Source of the DNA: Hyphomicrobiaceae bacterium
GTDB lineage: Bacteria > Pseudomonadota > Alphaproteobacteria > Rhizobiales > Devosiaceae
Reading direction: 5' to 3'
DNA: 64,000 nt
Assembly: GCA_020638065.1 (NCBI GenBank)
Contig: JACKJG010000013.1
Location: 19,058 to 83,057, forward strand
Positions 53,476-63,078 of this stretch are shown here, piece by piece. How positions within the stretch are numbered: position 1 is the stretch's first letter; each line of letters opens with the position of its first letter. The position numbers were made by a program, and so were the translations under genes. A model generated the notes under the pieces. It saw only the letters and a program-made list of their open reading frames with translations. It ran no database searches and was not told the origin of the DNA.

Positions 53476-55371
53476 TTAAACGATCTGAATATCGTCCTTC
53501 AGCGCGCTGATGTTTCCGAAACCATCGAGACTCAATTCATCCTTGCCGAAATCCAGGACCACCTCGCCATTCACCTTTTTGGCGAACTGATTGAGAACCT
53601 GTTTTTTGGTCAGGTTGCCGTTCCACAGGTTGTGGTCCAGAACGATGGTATCGACATTGTTCTGAAAGTCTTCAACCACATCTTTGCCGTCCTTTTTGTT
53701 GAACCAGAACCTGTCGGCCCCAAGGCCACCAGTCAGACTGTCGTTCTGACGTCCCCCGCTCAGACTATCGTTTCCAGCACCGCCATCAAGCCGGTCCCGA
53801 CCGGTGCCGCCTGCCAGGATATCCTCGTTAGCACCTCCGAACAGCACGTCGTTTCCTTTGCCGCCCAAGAGGTTGTCGAGGCCCTTTCCTCCGTGCAGAT
53901 CATCATTGCCGTTTTGGCCGAACAGCTCATCATTGTTCGCGCCGCCGACGAGCAAGTCATTGCCGCCGCGGCCATGCATCATGTCATTTCCGGCAAGTCC
54001 CTGTATGACGTTTCGTGAATTCGTTCCGCTGATGTCGTCCTGCTCAGCGGCGCTGTCCGCTCCGATGAAGTTCTCGAAATCAACACCATAAAAGGCGGAG
54101 AAGTTCGACGGATTGGCCTGATTGAACGAACGTCCAAGCCCGGTTTCCATGTCAAGAAAGAACGAGAGATTGTTCTGGCTGACATCGAGCCCGTCCACGC
54201 CGGAGCCCCCATAGAGCTGAGCGGCGCCGTGGTTGGCGTGAACGATCATGTCGTCCCCTTCCGCTGCGATCACGGTCATGCCCGCGCCCTGAATATTGAT
54301 CACATCGTTGCCGCTTCCGGCATTGACATAACCACCACCGCCCTGATGCGTGAGCGTGTCATTGCCCCCCATGCTGTAGAAATTCGTGCCCACCGCGATC
54401 ATTTCACGGTCATCGCTCGCTGTTCCAAACAGGGATCCCGCAAGCTCGCTGGTCGCCAGATAGCTTGGGCCGCTGAGCTGCGAGGTCGCTGTCGACCCCG
54501 CGGGGGAATAGAACGGCCCACCCGCGATCAGTCCGCCGCTGCCACCCGTCAGCGTGCCTGTCTTGCTGGCAAACGTACCGCTTGAATAGGAACTGCCCCC
54601 GATGACGGGCCCGCCGACGGCATTGCCGCCGCCGCCACCATTAAAGGTATTGCTGTTGCCGCCATCGCCTCCCTTGACATAATTCGAGGCAAACAAGGCG
54701 CGGGTCATGCTGACGTTGCCGCCGGACGCCAAGACACCCGCATATGCGTTTCCGCCGTCACCGCCATAATAGCTGTCAGAGGATCCGCCCTGTCCTCCAA
54801 TGGCACCCAACCCGTTGAATGAGGTGTCGCGGATTGTCAGGTTTCCGCCCGTCGACAGGATTCCGGCAAACGCATTGCCGCCCTCCCCGGCATCGGTCCC
54901 TACGCCATTTGCGGCAGCACCGCCCCTGGCAATCATGTAGGTCAGAGCAGAGTTGGAAATCGTCAGATTGCCGCTGTTGAGTATGCCGGCAACTGCGGCA
55001 CCGCCCGCCTCGCCGTCGCTACTCCCTGCACTTCCTGCGCTGTAGGCGCCGTAAAAGACCATGGATTCAATGAAAACGTTGGCTCCGGATGAAACAGTCA
55101 GAAGGCCCGAAAGATCACCGCTACCCAGGCCGCCACCATCGGTATTGCCGGAGATGTAGATGTCCGGATCGCCATCCCCATCGACATCGCCATTGATGGT
55201 CACCTCTCCAGACCCAATACTCAGCGCGGAACTCAGAACAATCGGCTGGGTACCGAGCCAGGACACGAACGAAATCGTATCTGCACCGCTACTTGCCTCC
55301 GCGTCGGCAAGAGCCTGCCGCAAACTGCCAGTGCCGCTGTCGAAGTTATTGATGACCAGAAAATTCGCCAT
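53476..55371 (-). CDS. P6: beta-helix / RTX calcium-binding protein paralog
   Basis: Start MANFLVINNFDSGTGSLRQAL has GGAGAG upstream. INGDVDGDGDPDIYISGN and units such as AVAGILNSGNLTISNS..ARGG and GGDGGNAYAGVLASGGN are present. After the RTX block, the tail is DRFWFNKKDGKDVVEDF..KDDIQIV. Confidence 0.87.
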   Translation of the reverse strand: MANFLVINNFDSGTGSLRQALADAEASSGADTISFVSWLGTQPIVLSSALSIGSGEVTINGDVDGDGDPDIYISGNTDGGGLGSGDLSGLLTVSSGANVFIESMVFYGAYSAGSAGSSDGEAGGAAVAGILNSGNLTISNSALTYMIARGGAAANGVGTDAGEGGNAFAGILSTGGNLTIRDTSFNGLGAIGGQGGSSDSYYGGDGGNAYAGVLASGGNVSMTRALFASNYVKGGDGGNSNTFNGGGGGNAVGGPVIGGSSYSSGTFASKTGTLTGGSGGLIAGGPFYSPAGSTATSQLSGPSYLATSELAGSLFGTASDDREMIAVGTNFYSMGGNDTLTHQGGGGYVNAGSGNDVINIQGAGMTVIAAEGDDMIVHANHGAAQLYGGSGVDGLDVSQNNLSFFLDMETGLGRSFNQANPSNFSAFYGVDFENFIGADSAAEQDDISGTNSRNVIQGLAGNDMMHGRGGNDLLVGGANNDELFGQNGNDDLHGGKGLDNLLGGKGNDVLFGGANEDILAGGTGRDRLDGGAGNDSLSGGRQNDSLTGGLGADRFWFNKKDGKDVVEDFQNNVDTIVLDHNLWNGNLTKKQVLNQFAKKVNGEVVLDFGKDELSLDGFGNISALKDDIQIV

Positions 55372-55429
55372 CTGACTCTCCATGATCCTTGGGAGGGTAA
55401 CCAAAGCAATGCATGTCACAAAAATCGCC

Positions 55430-55441
55430 TAGCAATTGCTA
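55430..55441. promoter_or_regulatory. 12-bp perfect palindrome TAGCAATTGCTA in the divergent P6/LuxR-type intergenic region
   Basis: It is the only perfect palindrome in the 102-nt region between two divergent start codons. It is a candidate operator only. Confidence 0.3.
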
Positions 55442-55473
55442 TGGAGACTGGCTATCCGCTAAAGAATTGACCC

Positions 55474-56241
55474 ATGATAATACTTGAAAAACTATACAAC
55501 AGTGCGGAATGCCATCTGGGCAACTCCAAGCCTGACTGGCCCGCCTTTGCCGCCGACGTCAAACAGGCGCTCGGTTCGGAATTGCTATTCTACCATCTCG
55601 CGCCAGTTGCTCGAGTGTCCGGCGCGCAAATGCCGGCGCCAAGGTGGTCAGAGCGGGTGACCGTCATCGCAACCAGCAACCCCGAAGCGGTGAGTGACTA
55701 TCTCAGTCAGGACTATCAGCAGGAACCCCCGGTCGCCGAAGACGCGCTGGCACCTCTCGAGCCGGTGCTGAGGACGGACTTTCTTTCGGATGACGAGTTC
55801 CGCGCCCTCGGCCCCATAGCGGACCACCAGATCAGGCTTGGCGTCTTTCATAACGCAATGGTGCCCGCCAGACTGACCGATGGTTCAACCATTCACCTGC
55901 TCCTCTGGCGTTCCGAAGAAGAGGAAAATTACAGCGAGCGCGACCGGCAGCGGCTGGCCCTGTTCATGCGCTATCTTCTCGCCTTGGTTGACACGCAGTT
56001 TCTGGCGGCCGATGCACCGGACAAGGCCGTATTGTCGTTCGGACAAAGGCATGGCCTCACCGGCGCAGAAACCAGCATTCTGTCCGATCTGCTTCAGGGG
56101 CGCTCGCCACGGGACATCGCTCACCAATCCGAAAGAAGTTATGGCACCGTCCGCTGGCACATCCAGAACATTCTGGAAAAGTGTCAGGTCGGCTCACAAA
56201 AGGATTTGCTGCGCGAGTTCTATCGACTTATCCACCACTAG
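55474..56241 (+). CDS. LuxR/FixJ-type (GerE HTH) transcriptional regulator with uncharacterised N-terminal domain
   Basis: The C-terminal LTGAETSILSDLLQGRSPRDIAHQSERSYGTVRWHIQNILEKCQVGSQKDLL is a LuxR_C-like HTH. The N-terminal 190 aa show no receiver Asp pocket or obvious autoinducer-binding motifs. The 5' end is AT-richer than the surroundings. Confidence 0.78.
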   Translation: MIILEKLYNSAECHLGNSKPDWPAFAADVKQALGSELLFYHLAPVARVSGAQMPAPRWSERVTVIATSNPEAVSDYLSQDYQQEPPVAEDALAPLEPVLRTDFLSDDEFRALGPIADHQIRLGVFHNAMVPARLTDGSTIHLLLWRSEEEENYSERDRQRLALFMRYLLALVDTQFLAADAPDKAVLSFGQRHGLTGAETSILSDLLQGRSPRDIAHQSERSYGTVRWHIQNILEKCQVGSQKDLLREFYRLIHH

Positions 56242-56311
56242 GCGGACAGCTGAGCCTGTCACAAACACCGGCATCCCCGCGAGACCCTTTTACACATTTC
56301 CTTGAAACGCT

Positions 56312-58309
56312 TTAGATGATGATATCGGTCCCGCCGATATCCTTGAGGTCAGCGCCCATGATCTTGATCTTGGTGCCGTTCGACTCAAAGATGACTTTGT
56401 CGTCGTTCGTTCCGTTCCACTCGCTGAAGTGACTAAGGGCGGCCTTTTTGTTGGAAAAACCGAAGGCCCTGAGGTCGAAACGATCCAAGCCGTCCCGGTA
56501 ATCCTTCACGGTGTCGATGCCGTCCTTCTTGCCGAATATCAGGATGTCATTTCCAGCCCCGGAACTGATGGTGTCGTTGCCGGCACCTGCATCGATTTTG
56601 TCGTTGCCCGAACCCCCAACGACCTTGTCCTTTCCGCGCCCTCCGGAAAGTGTGTCGTTGTCAGCACCGCCAAAAATAGTGTCGTCATTATCGCCACCGC
56701 TTATGACATCCCGGCCGTCCTCGCCCTTGAGGACATCTTTTCCCTTGTTTCCGTTGATCGTATCGGCACCGGTCCCGCCAAACGCCGCATCGTCGCCCCT
56801 TCCGCCATTGATCGTATCGCCACCGCCGTCCCCGAACAGCCTGTCGTTGTCGTCGTCGCCATTCAGTTGATCGGCCTGCCCGCCGCCCCGAAGCACATCG
56901 TTGCCGGAACCCCCGAAAAGAATGTCGGCGCCAGCCCGCCCTTCGATCGTGTTCTTTGCGCTCGTACCAACTACCGTGTCCTGAAAATTTTTGTTGTCAA
57001 CGCCGATGAAGTTTTCGAAGTTCATCGCCGTGCCCCAGCCCGACGTCAATACTCCGCTCGTCATATCGAACGACGCGCTTCCCGTGTCACCGGAAACATC
57101 GAGCGTGTCGATGCCCGACCCGCCATCCATCGTGGCATAGAAGGTATAGGTATTGACGATAGTATCATTTCCGGAACCGCCATAGGCCTTGGCCCCACTG
57201 CCGCTTGTGGTGATCGTGTCATCGCCCGATCCGCCATAGCAAATGCCCTGGCCCGCCGAATTGTCGATCACATCATCGCCCTGCAGACCGAAATAGGTGC
57301 CCCCATTTGCCACCGTGGCGTTGTCGGCCCCATAGGTGCCAAATCGATGGGCGGAGGAATCATGCTGAAAATCCAGTCCCGAATGATCACCAGAGCGAAA
57401 AATCGTGGATGTGTTCTGGCCAGATTGACCGGGTGTTCCAAAAGTCGGATCTGCATGTCCCTCGCCTCCGGCAGCACCCCCTCCGCCATTTGAGCCCAGA
57501 ATTCCGCTCGCGGTACCACCATTCAGCAACAATGCGCTAACCGCATCCCCGCCATCACCGCCCCAATTGTAGGCGTTGCCGCCGTTGCCACCGTTGGAAG
57601 ACGAACCCTGCGACATGGTTCGGTTGAGCACCAGCAAAGAAGACGCGCCGCCCGAATAAATCCCCGCAACGCCATCGCCACCATCGCCACCAAAGTTATA
57701 GCCATATGCCGCGGCGGCGCCGTCTGCACGATTGTTCAGCAAGAGCGAATCCGTCATCGTCAGGCTGCCACGATTGAAGACTGAGCCGAAGGCGCTCGCC
57801 CCATCCTGCGAATGACCATCAAAGTTAAAAAGGGGGCCTCCGCTGGCGCCGGCCCTCGCAAGATTGTCCCGAATGATCGAGTCCGTGATGGTCAGCGTCC
57901 CGTCATTGCGGATGCCGGCAATCGCGTCCTCGCCAGCTTGACCGGCGTTCGTCGCGTCCGCGCCTTTGGCATAGCCATCGGCGAACACAAGCGATCGCAC
58001 ATTCGCCGTCGCACCCACATTGACTTTCAGTAAGATGCCAACATCCGCCTGATCGGCACCGTCATTGCCCGTATCGCCAGAAATTGTGATGTCCGGATCA
58101 CCGTCACCATCAAGATCGCCGTCGATGGTCACGGTGCCTTGAGTGATCGTCAGTGTCGAGCCGAGATAGATGCTTTTGTCACTCACGCCAGCCAGGCTTT
58201 TGTCGAACACGATCGTGTCGACGTTTGCACTTGCGTTGGCCTGCTCGATAGCGGCCCGCAGACTGCCCGTACCGGAATCATTGAAATTGGTGACAACAAG
58301 TCTGGCCAT
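56312..58309 (-). CDS. P7: beta-helix / RTX calcium-binding protein paralog
   Basis: MARLVVTNFNDSGTGSLRAAI, IDGDLDGDGDPDITISGD, AIAGIRNDGTLTITDS and GGDGGDGVAGIYSGG are present. A long RTX block follows. The tail ILIFGKKDGIDTVKDY..GGTDIII is the most divergent of the family. Confidence 0.87.
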   Translation of the reverse strand: MARLVVTNFNDSGTGSLRAAIEQANASANVDTIVFDKSLAGVSDKSIYLGSTLTITQGTVTIDGDLDGDGDPDITISGDTGNDGADQADVGILLKVNVGATANVRSLVFADGYAKGADATNAGQAGEDAIAGIRNDGTLTITDSIIRDNLARAGASGGPLFNFDGHSQDGASAFGSVFNRGSLTMTDSLLLNNRADGAAAAYGYNFGGDGGDGVAGIYSGGASSLLVLNRTMSQGSSSNGGNGGNAYNWGGDGGDAVSALLLNGGTASGILGSNGGGGAAGGEGHADPTFGTPGQSGQNTSTIFRSGDHSGLDFQHDSSAHRFGTYGADNATVANGGTYFGLQGDDVIDNSAGQGICYGGSGDDTITTSGSGAKAYGGSGNDTIVNTYTFYATMDGGSGIDTLDVSGDTGSASFDMTSGVLTSGWGTAMNFENFIGVDNKNFQDTVVGTSAKNTIEGRAGADILFGGSGNDVLRGGGQADQLNGDDDNDRLFGDGGGDTINGGRGDDAAFGGTGADTINGNKGKDVLKGEDGRDVISGGDNDDTIFGGADNDTLSGGRGKDKVVGGSGNDKIDAGAGNDTISSGAGNDILIFGKKDGIDTVKDYRDGLDRFDLRAFGFSNKKAALSHFSEWNGTNDDKVIFESNGTKIKIMGADLKDIGGTDIII

Positions 58310-58341
58310 TGGTCGCGTCCTGGTCGAGAAATTCGTGGGTC

Positions 58342-58370
58342 ATTACAGGGGTGCACCAGGCCGAGGTCAA
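58342..58370 (-). promoter_or_regulatory. Putative sigma-70 promoter for P7
   Basis: On the minus strand the sequence is TTGACC, a 17-nt spacer, then TGTAAT, about 32 nt upstream of the P7 ATG. It lies in the 104-nt gap after the sulfotransferase stop. Confidence 0.4.
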
Positions 58371-58413
58371 GTCACAAACGGGCATGCGCGCGTGGGAATT
58401 TGACAAATATCCG

Positions 58414-59262
58414 CTACTTCCCGGCCGATTTCATCGTGATCCGGTTGGCCTTGGTCGGGTGATTTTCGTTCCAGAACTGCAGCCCCTCGAACTGCTTGAA
58501 CAGATCGGGTGGCAACACGGTGTTGCGCGGTTTCCACTCGACCTTCTTGCGCACCGTATGCAGGTCCTTGGCCATCATGAAATTATCGAAATCCTCGGCC
58601 TGATATTCGACATCGTCAAAATCATGCTTGAACTCATCGAGCCCGGTGAACTGGTAGATCAGTTCCATCGTATCGGCCGGATATTTGACGAGGAGGTCGT
58701 ATTCAACCAGCAGCAGTTTGTCCGCATGCTCGCCAAAATAGGCTTCCTTGAGCGCCGACCAGGCAAACCCGATCATCCGGTCGCGGCGCTGCAATGCGTC
58801 CGCCCGGCTGAACACGGTTGAACTTTCCGCGTCCGAAAACATCCGCGAATGATCAAGCGCGTTCTTGCGGATCAGGACCTCGACCGAATCGAGGATCCAG
58901 GCCGGGTTGCGGACACAGCAGATGACCTTTGAACCGGGAAAGAGCTCCTGCAGGATGGCCATCCGAGTGGTCCACAGCCGGTTCGTGTCGAAGATGATCT
59001 CGCGCGGTTCGTCCATCTCACCATAATAGGAATCGAAAACCGATCTGAGGATCGCCCGCTTCTGCCGCTCGGTCAGAAAGATGGCGAATTCGTTCCCCGC
59101 GCCCATTGACGAGAAAATCGACCGGAAAATGTGCCCGATCGGGCTCGACATGCCCGCATGAATTTTCGGATTCTGCCGCAGGATAGCGGACAGAAGGGTC
59201 GACCCGCTGCGCGGCAACCCCGAAATGAAATGAAATGTATGGTCCACGGAATCCCCAAACAT
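58414..59262 (-). CDS. PAPS-dependent sulfotransferase family protein
   Basis: The 5'-PSB loop is ISGLPRSGSTLLSAIL (PRSGST). A 3'-PB-like segment is VICCVRNPAWILDS. Length is 282 aa and the protein is cytoplasmic (no signal peptide or TM segment). The ATG at 59262 follows the in-frame TTG at 59265 used by the track. Confidence 0.8.
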   Translation of the reverse strand: MFGDSVDHTFHFISGLPRSGSTLLSAILRQNPKIHAGMSSPIGHIFRSIFSSMGAGNEFAIFLTERQKRAILRSVFDSYYGEMDEPREIIFDTNRLWTTRMAILQELFPGSKVICCVRNPAWILDSVEVLIRKNALDHSRMFSDAESSTVFSRADALQRRDRMIGFAWSALKEAYFGEHADKLLLVEYDLLVKYPADTMELIYQFTGLDEFKHDFDDVEYQAEDFDNFMMAKDLHTVRKKVEWKPRNTVLPPDLFKQFEGLQFWNENHPTKANRITMKSAGK

Positions 59263-59376
59263 CAATCTGGTGTTCCGTGGACCCTACGTGAAGGTCCCTC
59301 GCCTGTCAGCACCCAAACACCCCGACGGCTGCGTGATTGCCGGTCGCCGGTAAAAACTTGCAGGCCGGCGGGCGGG

Positions 59377-61269
59377 TCAAACGAAATCCATGTCGTTCTT
59401 GATCTCGTCGACCGTGCTGGCACCCTTGACCGTCAGCTTGTCGCCGTTGCCGAAGTCAAACACCACGTTGCCGTTCGAATTCAACACGGCAAACTCCTTG
59501 AGAAAACTGGCCTTCGACTGTCCGGCGCTCGATTTCAGATTGCTGGAAAACTGGATCGTGTCGATATCGTCCTCGAAATCCAGGAAGGTGTCGCGATCAT
59601 AACCCTTTTTGTAGACGATCGTGTCGGCTCCGGCCTCTCCCTTGACCCTGTCATTATCCCGCCCACCATCCAGCAAATCGCCGTCATCCCCACCGAAAAG
59701 CCGGTCAATGCCGTTATTGCCGCGCAGAATGTCTACTCCGGTTCCGCCGGTCACGGTGTCGTTTCCTCTGCCGCCATTGATCTGATCATCCTGGTCTCCG
59801 CCAAGAATGATGTCCGCTCCCCGGCCTCCGACCAATATGTCGTTGCCATTGCGGCCGGAAATGAAGTCAGCACCGTTGGTGCCAATAATCTGATCCGAAA
59901 AACCGGCATCATTGATCCCGTAAACCTTTTCAAATCCGGCGAATGTGGATCCGTTGGTCGCGTTTCCGGTCCGCATGTCGAGGCTGAGATTGAGACCTGT
60001 GGTTTCGAAAATCAAAGTGTCGTTGCCAAGGCCACCATTGGCACCCATTCCGCTGAACGAGGAAACGTGGAATATGTCGTTCCCTCGGTTGCCGTGGGCG
60101 TAAAGCGCATTTGAGAGCACGAAGGAATCGTCCCCCGCCCCGCCATAGTTCAGGGTCCCAAGACCGGTGGAGGTAATGTTGTCGTGACCAGCGCCGCCGC
60201 GGATCGTCACGCTATAACCCGAACTGTTGTCAATCGTGTCATCGCCATCCAACCCAAAAATGACATCCCAGGGATCGGAGCTGACAACAATATTGTTGCT
60301 TCCAGAGGTTCCAAACGCGTTATAGACGGACTCGTTCCAGGCCTGTGTGGCTGGATCGATGGTTCCGCCAAGCTGATAGATGGAGGCACTGTCAGAACCG
60401 GCCGCGCCAGCCGTTCCTAAATTTGTTCCGCCTCCTGCCCCGGCCACTCTGATCCCGCCGGAATATCCGATGATCGCATCGACGTTACCGCTCGTCTGGA
60501 AGATGCCCGCCGCCGCATGCCCCCCCTGGCCCGCGGTGAATGCATATGAATATCCGCCGGTACCGCCGAACGCATAATTGTTGACGAACAAGACCCCAAT
60601 GGCCTCCAGATTACCCGCGTTCAGGATGCCGGACACGCCCCGGCCGCCATCACCGGCGGCAAATTCAGATGCCCCGGCGGCCCTGCCGAATGCGTGGTTT
60701 GCCTCGAAATAGCTGTCGCTGATTATCAGGGTTCCGGAATTGTAGATGCCGGCCGTCGCCGATGCGGCGTCTTCGGATCCCGACGGACTGATCGTGTAGC
60801 CCCCGGAAAGGCCACCATATGCGTAACTGCCGCTGAAGTGGCTGTTCTCGATCGTCAGCGAACCCTTATTGAAGATGCCGGCGACAGCATCTTCGCCGGC
60901 TTCTCCCGGGTTGATGCCATTGGCACCCTTGGCAAAAGCATTCACGAACTGGAGTGAACTCAGTGTGACGTCGGCCGCCGAATTTACCTGAACCAGAACG
61001 CCGAGGTCCGTGACCTCCCCTGTGCCGCTGTCGTCAGAGTCCCCGGACAGGAATATGTCGGCCTCACCGTCACCATCGATGTCGCCATCAATCGTGACGT
61101 TTCCCCGTTTGATCGTCAGCGTGTTTTGCAGGAAGATAGACTGACCGGTCAACGAGGCGTCAAACTGGATCGTATCCGCGCCGTCCCCGTTTTTGTTCGC
61201 AAGATTGATTGCTCGCCGCAGGCTTCCAGCACCGGAATCTGCTGTGCTTGTAACAAGAAAAGTTGCCAT
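59377..61269 (-). CDS. P8: beta-helix / RTX calcium-binding protein paralog
   Basis: MATFLVTSTADSGAGSLRRAI has GGAGGA upstream. IDGDIDGDGEADIFLSGD and four AGI[FYL]NxGxL..GG units are present, followed by an RTX block. The tail is DTIVYKKGYDRDTFLDF..KNDMDFV. Confidence 0.87.
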   Translation of the reverse strand: MATFLVTSTADSGAGSLRRAINLANKNGDGADTIQFDASLTGQSIFLQNTLTIKRGNVTIDGDIDGDGEADIFLSGDSDDSGTGEVTDLGVLVQVNSAADVTLSSLQFVNAFAKGANGINPGEAGEDAVAGIFNKGSLTIENSHFSGSYAYGGLSGGYTISPSGSEDAASATAGIYNSGTLIISDSYFEANHAFGRAAGASEFAAGDGGRGVSGILNAGNLEAIGVLFVNNYAFGGTGGYSYAFTAGQGGHAAAGIFQTSGNVDAIIGYSGGIRVAGAGGGTNLGTAGAAGSDSASIYQLGGTIDPATQAWNESVYNAFGTSGSNNIVVSSDPWDVIFGLDGDDTIDNSSGYSVTIRGGAGHDNITSTGLGTLNYGGAGDDSFVLSNALYAHGNRGNDIFHVSSFSGMGANGGLGNDTLIFETTGLNLSLDMRTGNATNGSTFAGFEKVYGINDAGFSDQIIGTNGADFISGRNGNDILVGGRGADIILGGDQDDQINGGRGNDTVTGGTGVDILRGNNGIDRLFGGDDGDLLDGGRDNDRVKGEAGADTIVYKKGYDRDTFLDFEDDIDTIQFSSNLKSSAGQSKASFLKEFAVLNSNGNVVFDFGNGDKLTVKGASTVDEIKNDMDFV

Positions 61270-61444
61270 GGTGATGCGTCCTCCAGCTCATGGCCAATTT
61301 TGAGAAAAGCACCATTTCCGCAGACGTGACGCAATGCAAGCGGCTTTTTTTGCATGGTCCGCATTGAGAACACTGCCCTCGCCAAAGTCGCCCTATTGTC
61401 TAAATTTCTGAAGCGGGCGGCAAACTCTCACATCGAGAGGAAAG

Positions 61445-62848
61445 TCAGACAAACGCAATGTCGTTCTTGAGCGCGGAGAGATTGCCAACGCCATCCACGA
61501 CGAGCCTGTCGCCGTCGCCGAATTTGAAAACGGCATCACCGTTCTGGACGGAAGCAAAAGCGGCGATGAACTCGGATTTCTTCATCGATCCGGCATTCAG
61601 GCGCTTTGCGAAATAGATCGTGTCCCGATCGTTTTCGAAGTCTTTGATGACGTCGACATCGTATCCCCGGTCGAAGAAGAATTGGTCTGCGCCACGCCCT
61701 CCATAAAGCTGGTCGTGTCCCGTGCCTGCACCGAGCGCATCTGCACCGCGTCCCCCGGCAATTCGGTCATTGCCTCCCGCCCCGAAAATCTCGTCGTTGC
61801 CGCCCAAACCATCGATAAAGTCCCTTTTTCCGCTGCCCAGAAGCTGGTCATCATAGGTGTCCTCTCCGAACAGGAAGACGCGGTCTGTTTTCTCGTTTTT
61901 CAGAAAGGCATTCTGTTTCAGGTTCGAACTGACCACGCCGTCGCGGAAATCAAATATCGCAACATCATCGACCTGAATGATCTTGTCGAATTGCGACTTG
62001 TAAATCCGCGTGAGCGCGTCACCCATGCCATAATTGCTGTGCGCCCAATTATGGTTCTTGATGTTGAACGACGTTTTGGCGTCATTGTTGCCGTAGTCGA
62101 AATACCAGCGCCAGGTCCCGTTATCGCTGTGACTGCGAATCTCGAATTCGAACATTTTGCGGAGTGCGCTTCCGCTTGGAAGCGCCTCGACATCCGAATT
62201 CTTTACAAAGAACAGATCCGCAAACGTATCGTAAGTGCCAAGCGCTGGGTCAGTATCGTCGTAATTCTTCTTGTAGGTATTGTACGATTGAAACAGCCAA
62301 TCGTTCGCAGCGCCAATATTCAATACGGAACCGTCTTTGACAACATATTCCGACCCAAATGAAACAAAAGTGGCGTTTGCCTTCTTGATATCGAAGTGAT
62401 CGGAAAACGATCTGGACAATTCGTTGGTAGCCACGCCACCGAGGCTGAAACCGGTCACCAGGAGCTTCGAAGATGGCGTCATGATGCCGTCCAGAGCACG
62501 ATAGACCTCGCCGAAATCGTCGGCATAATCTGTGTTGAACTGCGGCGGAGCCGGCAGGATTTCGGGAAACACCTTTTTCAAATCGGAATAGGTGATGGGC
62601 GTGAATGCGATGGCATACTTGCCAGGGTGCTTGGTGTCCTTGAACACGCTAAGGCCGATATCGCTGTTGTAGCTCGACGCGAAGAACTTTCGCCCAGACT
62701 TGCCACTCAAGCCAAGTTCACCCGCCGTCATGGGCTCCCAGGAGCCTGTCTTTTGGGGAACAATTCCGGTGCTGATGTACTTGAATGCCTTGATCAAACC
62801 AATGGCCGCCGTAACGAAGGAGCGGCTGGCCATTTCATCGAAATTCAT
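61445..62848 (-). CDS. Lipase (class 3 / alpha-beta hydrolase)-like domain fused to RTX repeats and the family C-terminal tail
   Basis: The nucleophile elbow LLVTGFSLGGVATNEL (GxSxG) lies in an approximately 330-aa N-terminal domain. RTX repeats GGNDEIFGAGGNDRIAGGRGADALGAGTGHDQLYGGRGAD follow. The tail is DQFFFDRGYDVDVIKDF..KNDIAFV. There is no signal peptide. The N-terminal domain is AT-richer than the RTX part. Confidence 0.8.
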   Translation of the reverse strand: MNFDEMASRSFVTAAIGLIKAFKYISTGIVPQKTGSWEPMTAGELGLSGKSGRKFFASSYNSDIGLSVFKDTKHPGKYAIAFTPITYSDLKKVFPEILPAPPQFNTDYADDFGEVYRALDGIMTPSSKLLVTGFSLGGVATNELSRSFSDHFDIKKANATFVSFGSEYVVKDGSVLNIGAANDWLFQSYNTYKKNYDDTDPALGTYDTFADLFFVKNSDVEALPSGSALRKMFEFEIRSHSDNGTWRWYFDYGNNDAKTSFNIKNHNWAHSNYGMGDALTRIYKSQFDKIIQVDDVAIFDFRDGVVSSNLKQNAFLKNEKTDRVFLFGEDTYDDQLLGSGKRDFIDGLGGNDEIFGAGGNDRIAGGRGADALGAGTGHDQLYGGRGADQFFFDRGYDVDVIKDFENDRDTIYFAKRLNAGSMKKSEFIAAFASVQNGDAVFKFGDGDRLVVDGVGNLSALKNDIAFV

Positions 62849-63078
62849 AATGGATTATGCCCTGATTAGCCGGAAAAAACCTGCAATTCAGATTTGTAGG
62901 GACCCGTCTGCGGCGAAGTCAAGCAGCCAGCCTTCCTCAGAGCGCGTCCAGAGAAATGCAAAAATCTTTTGGTGCCGAATGCGGCAAGCAATCAGGCAAC
63001 GGACAGCCGGGCGCGCCGGAAATGGATTTGCTTCGAACCAAGGCTCGTTTCGTGCGCAACAACAGAAAACGGCGAATA

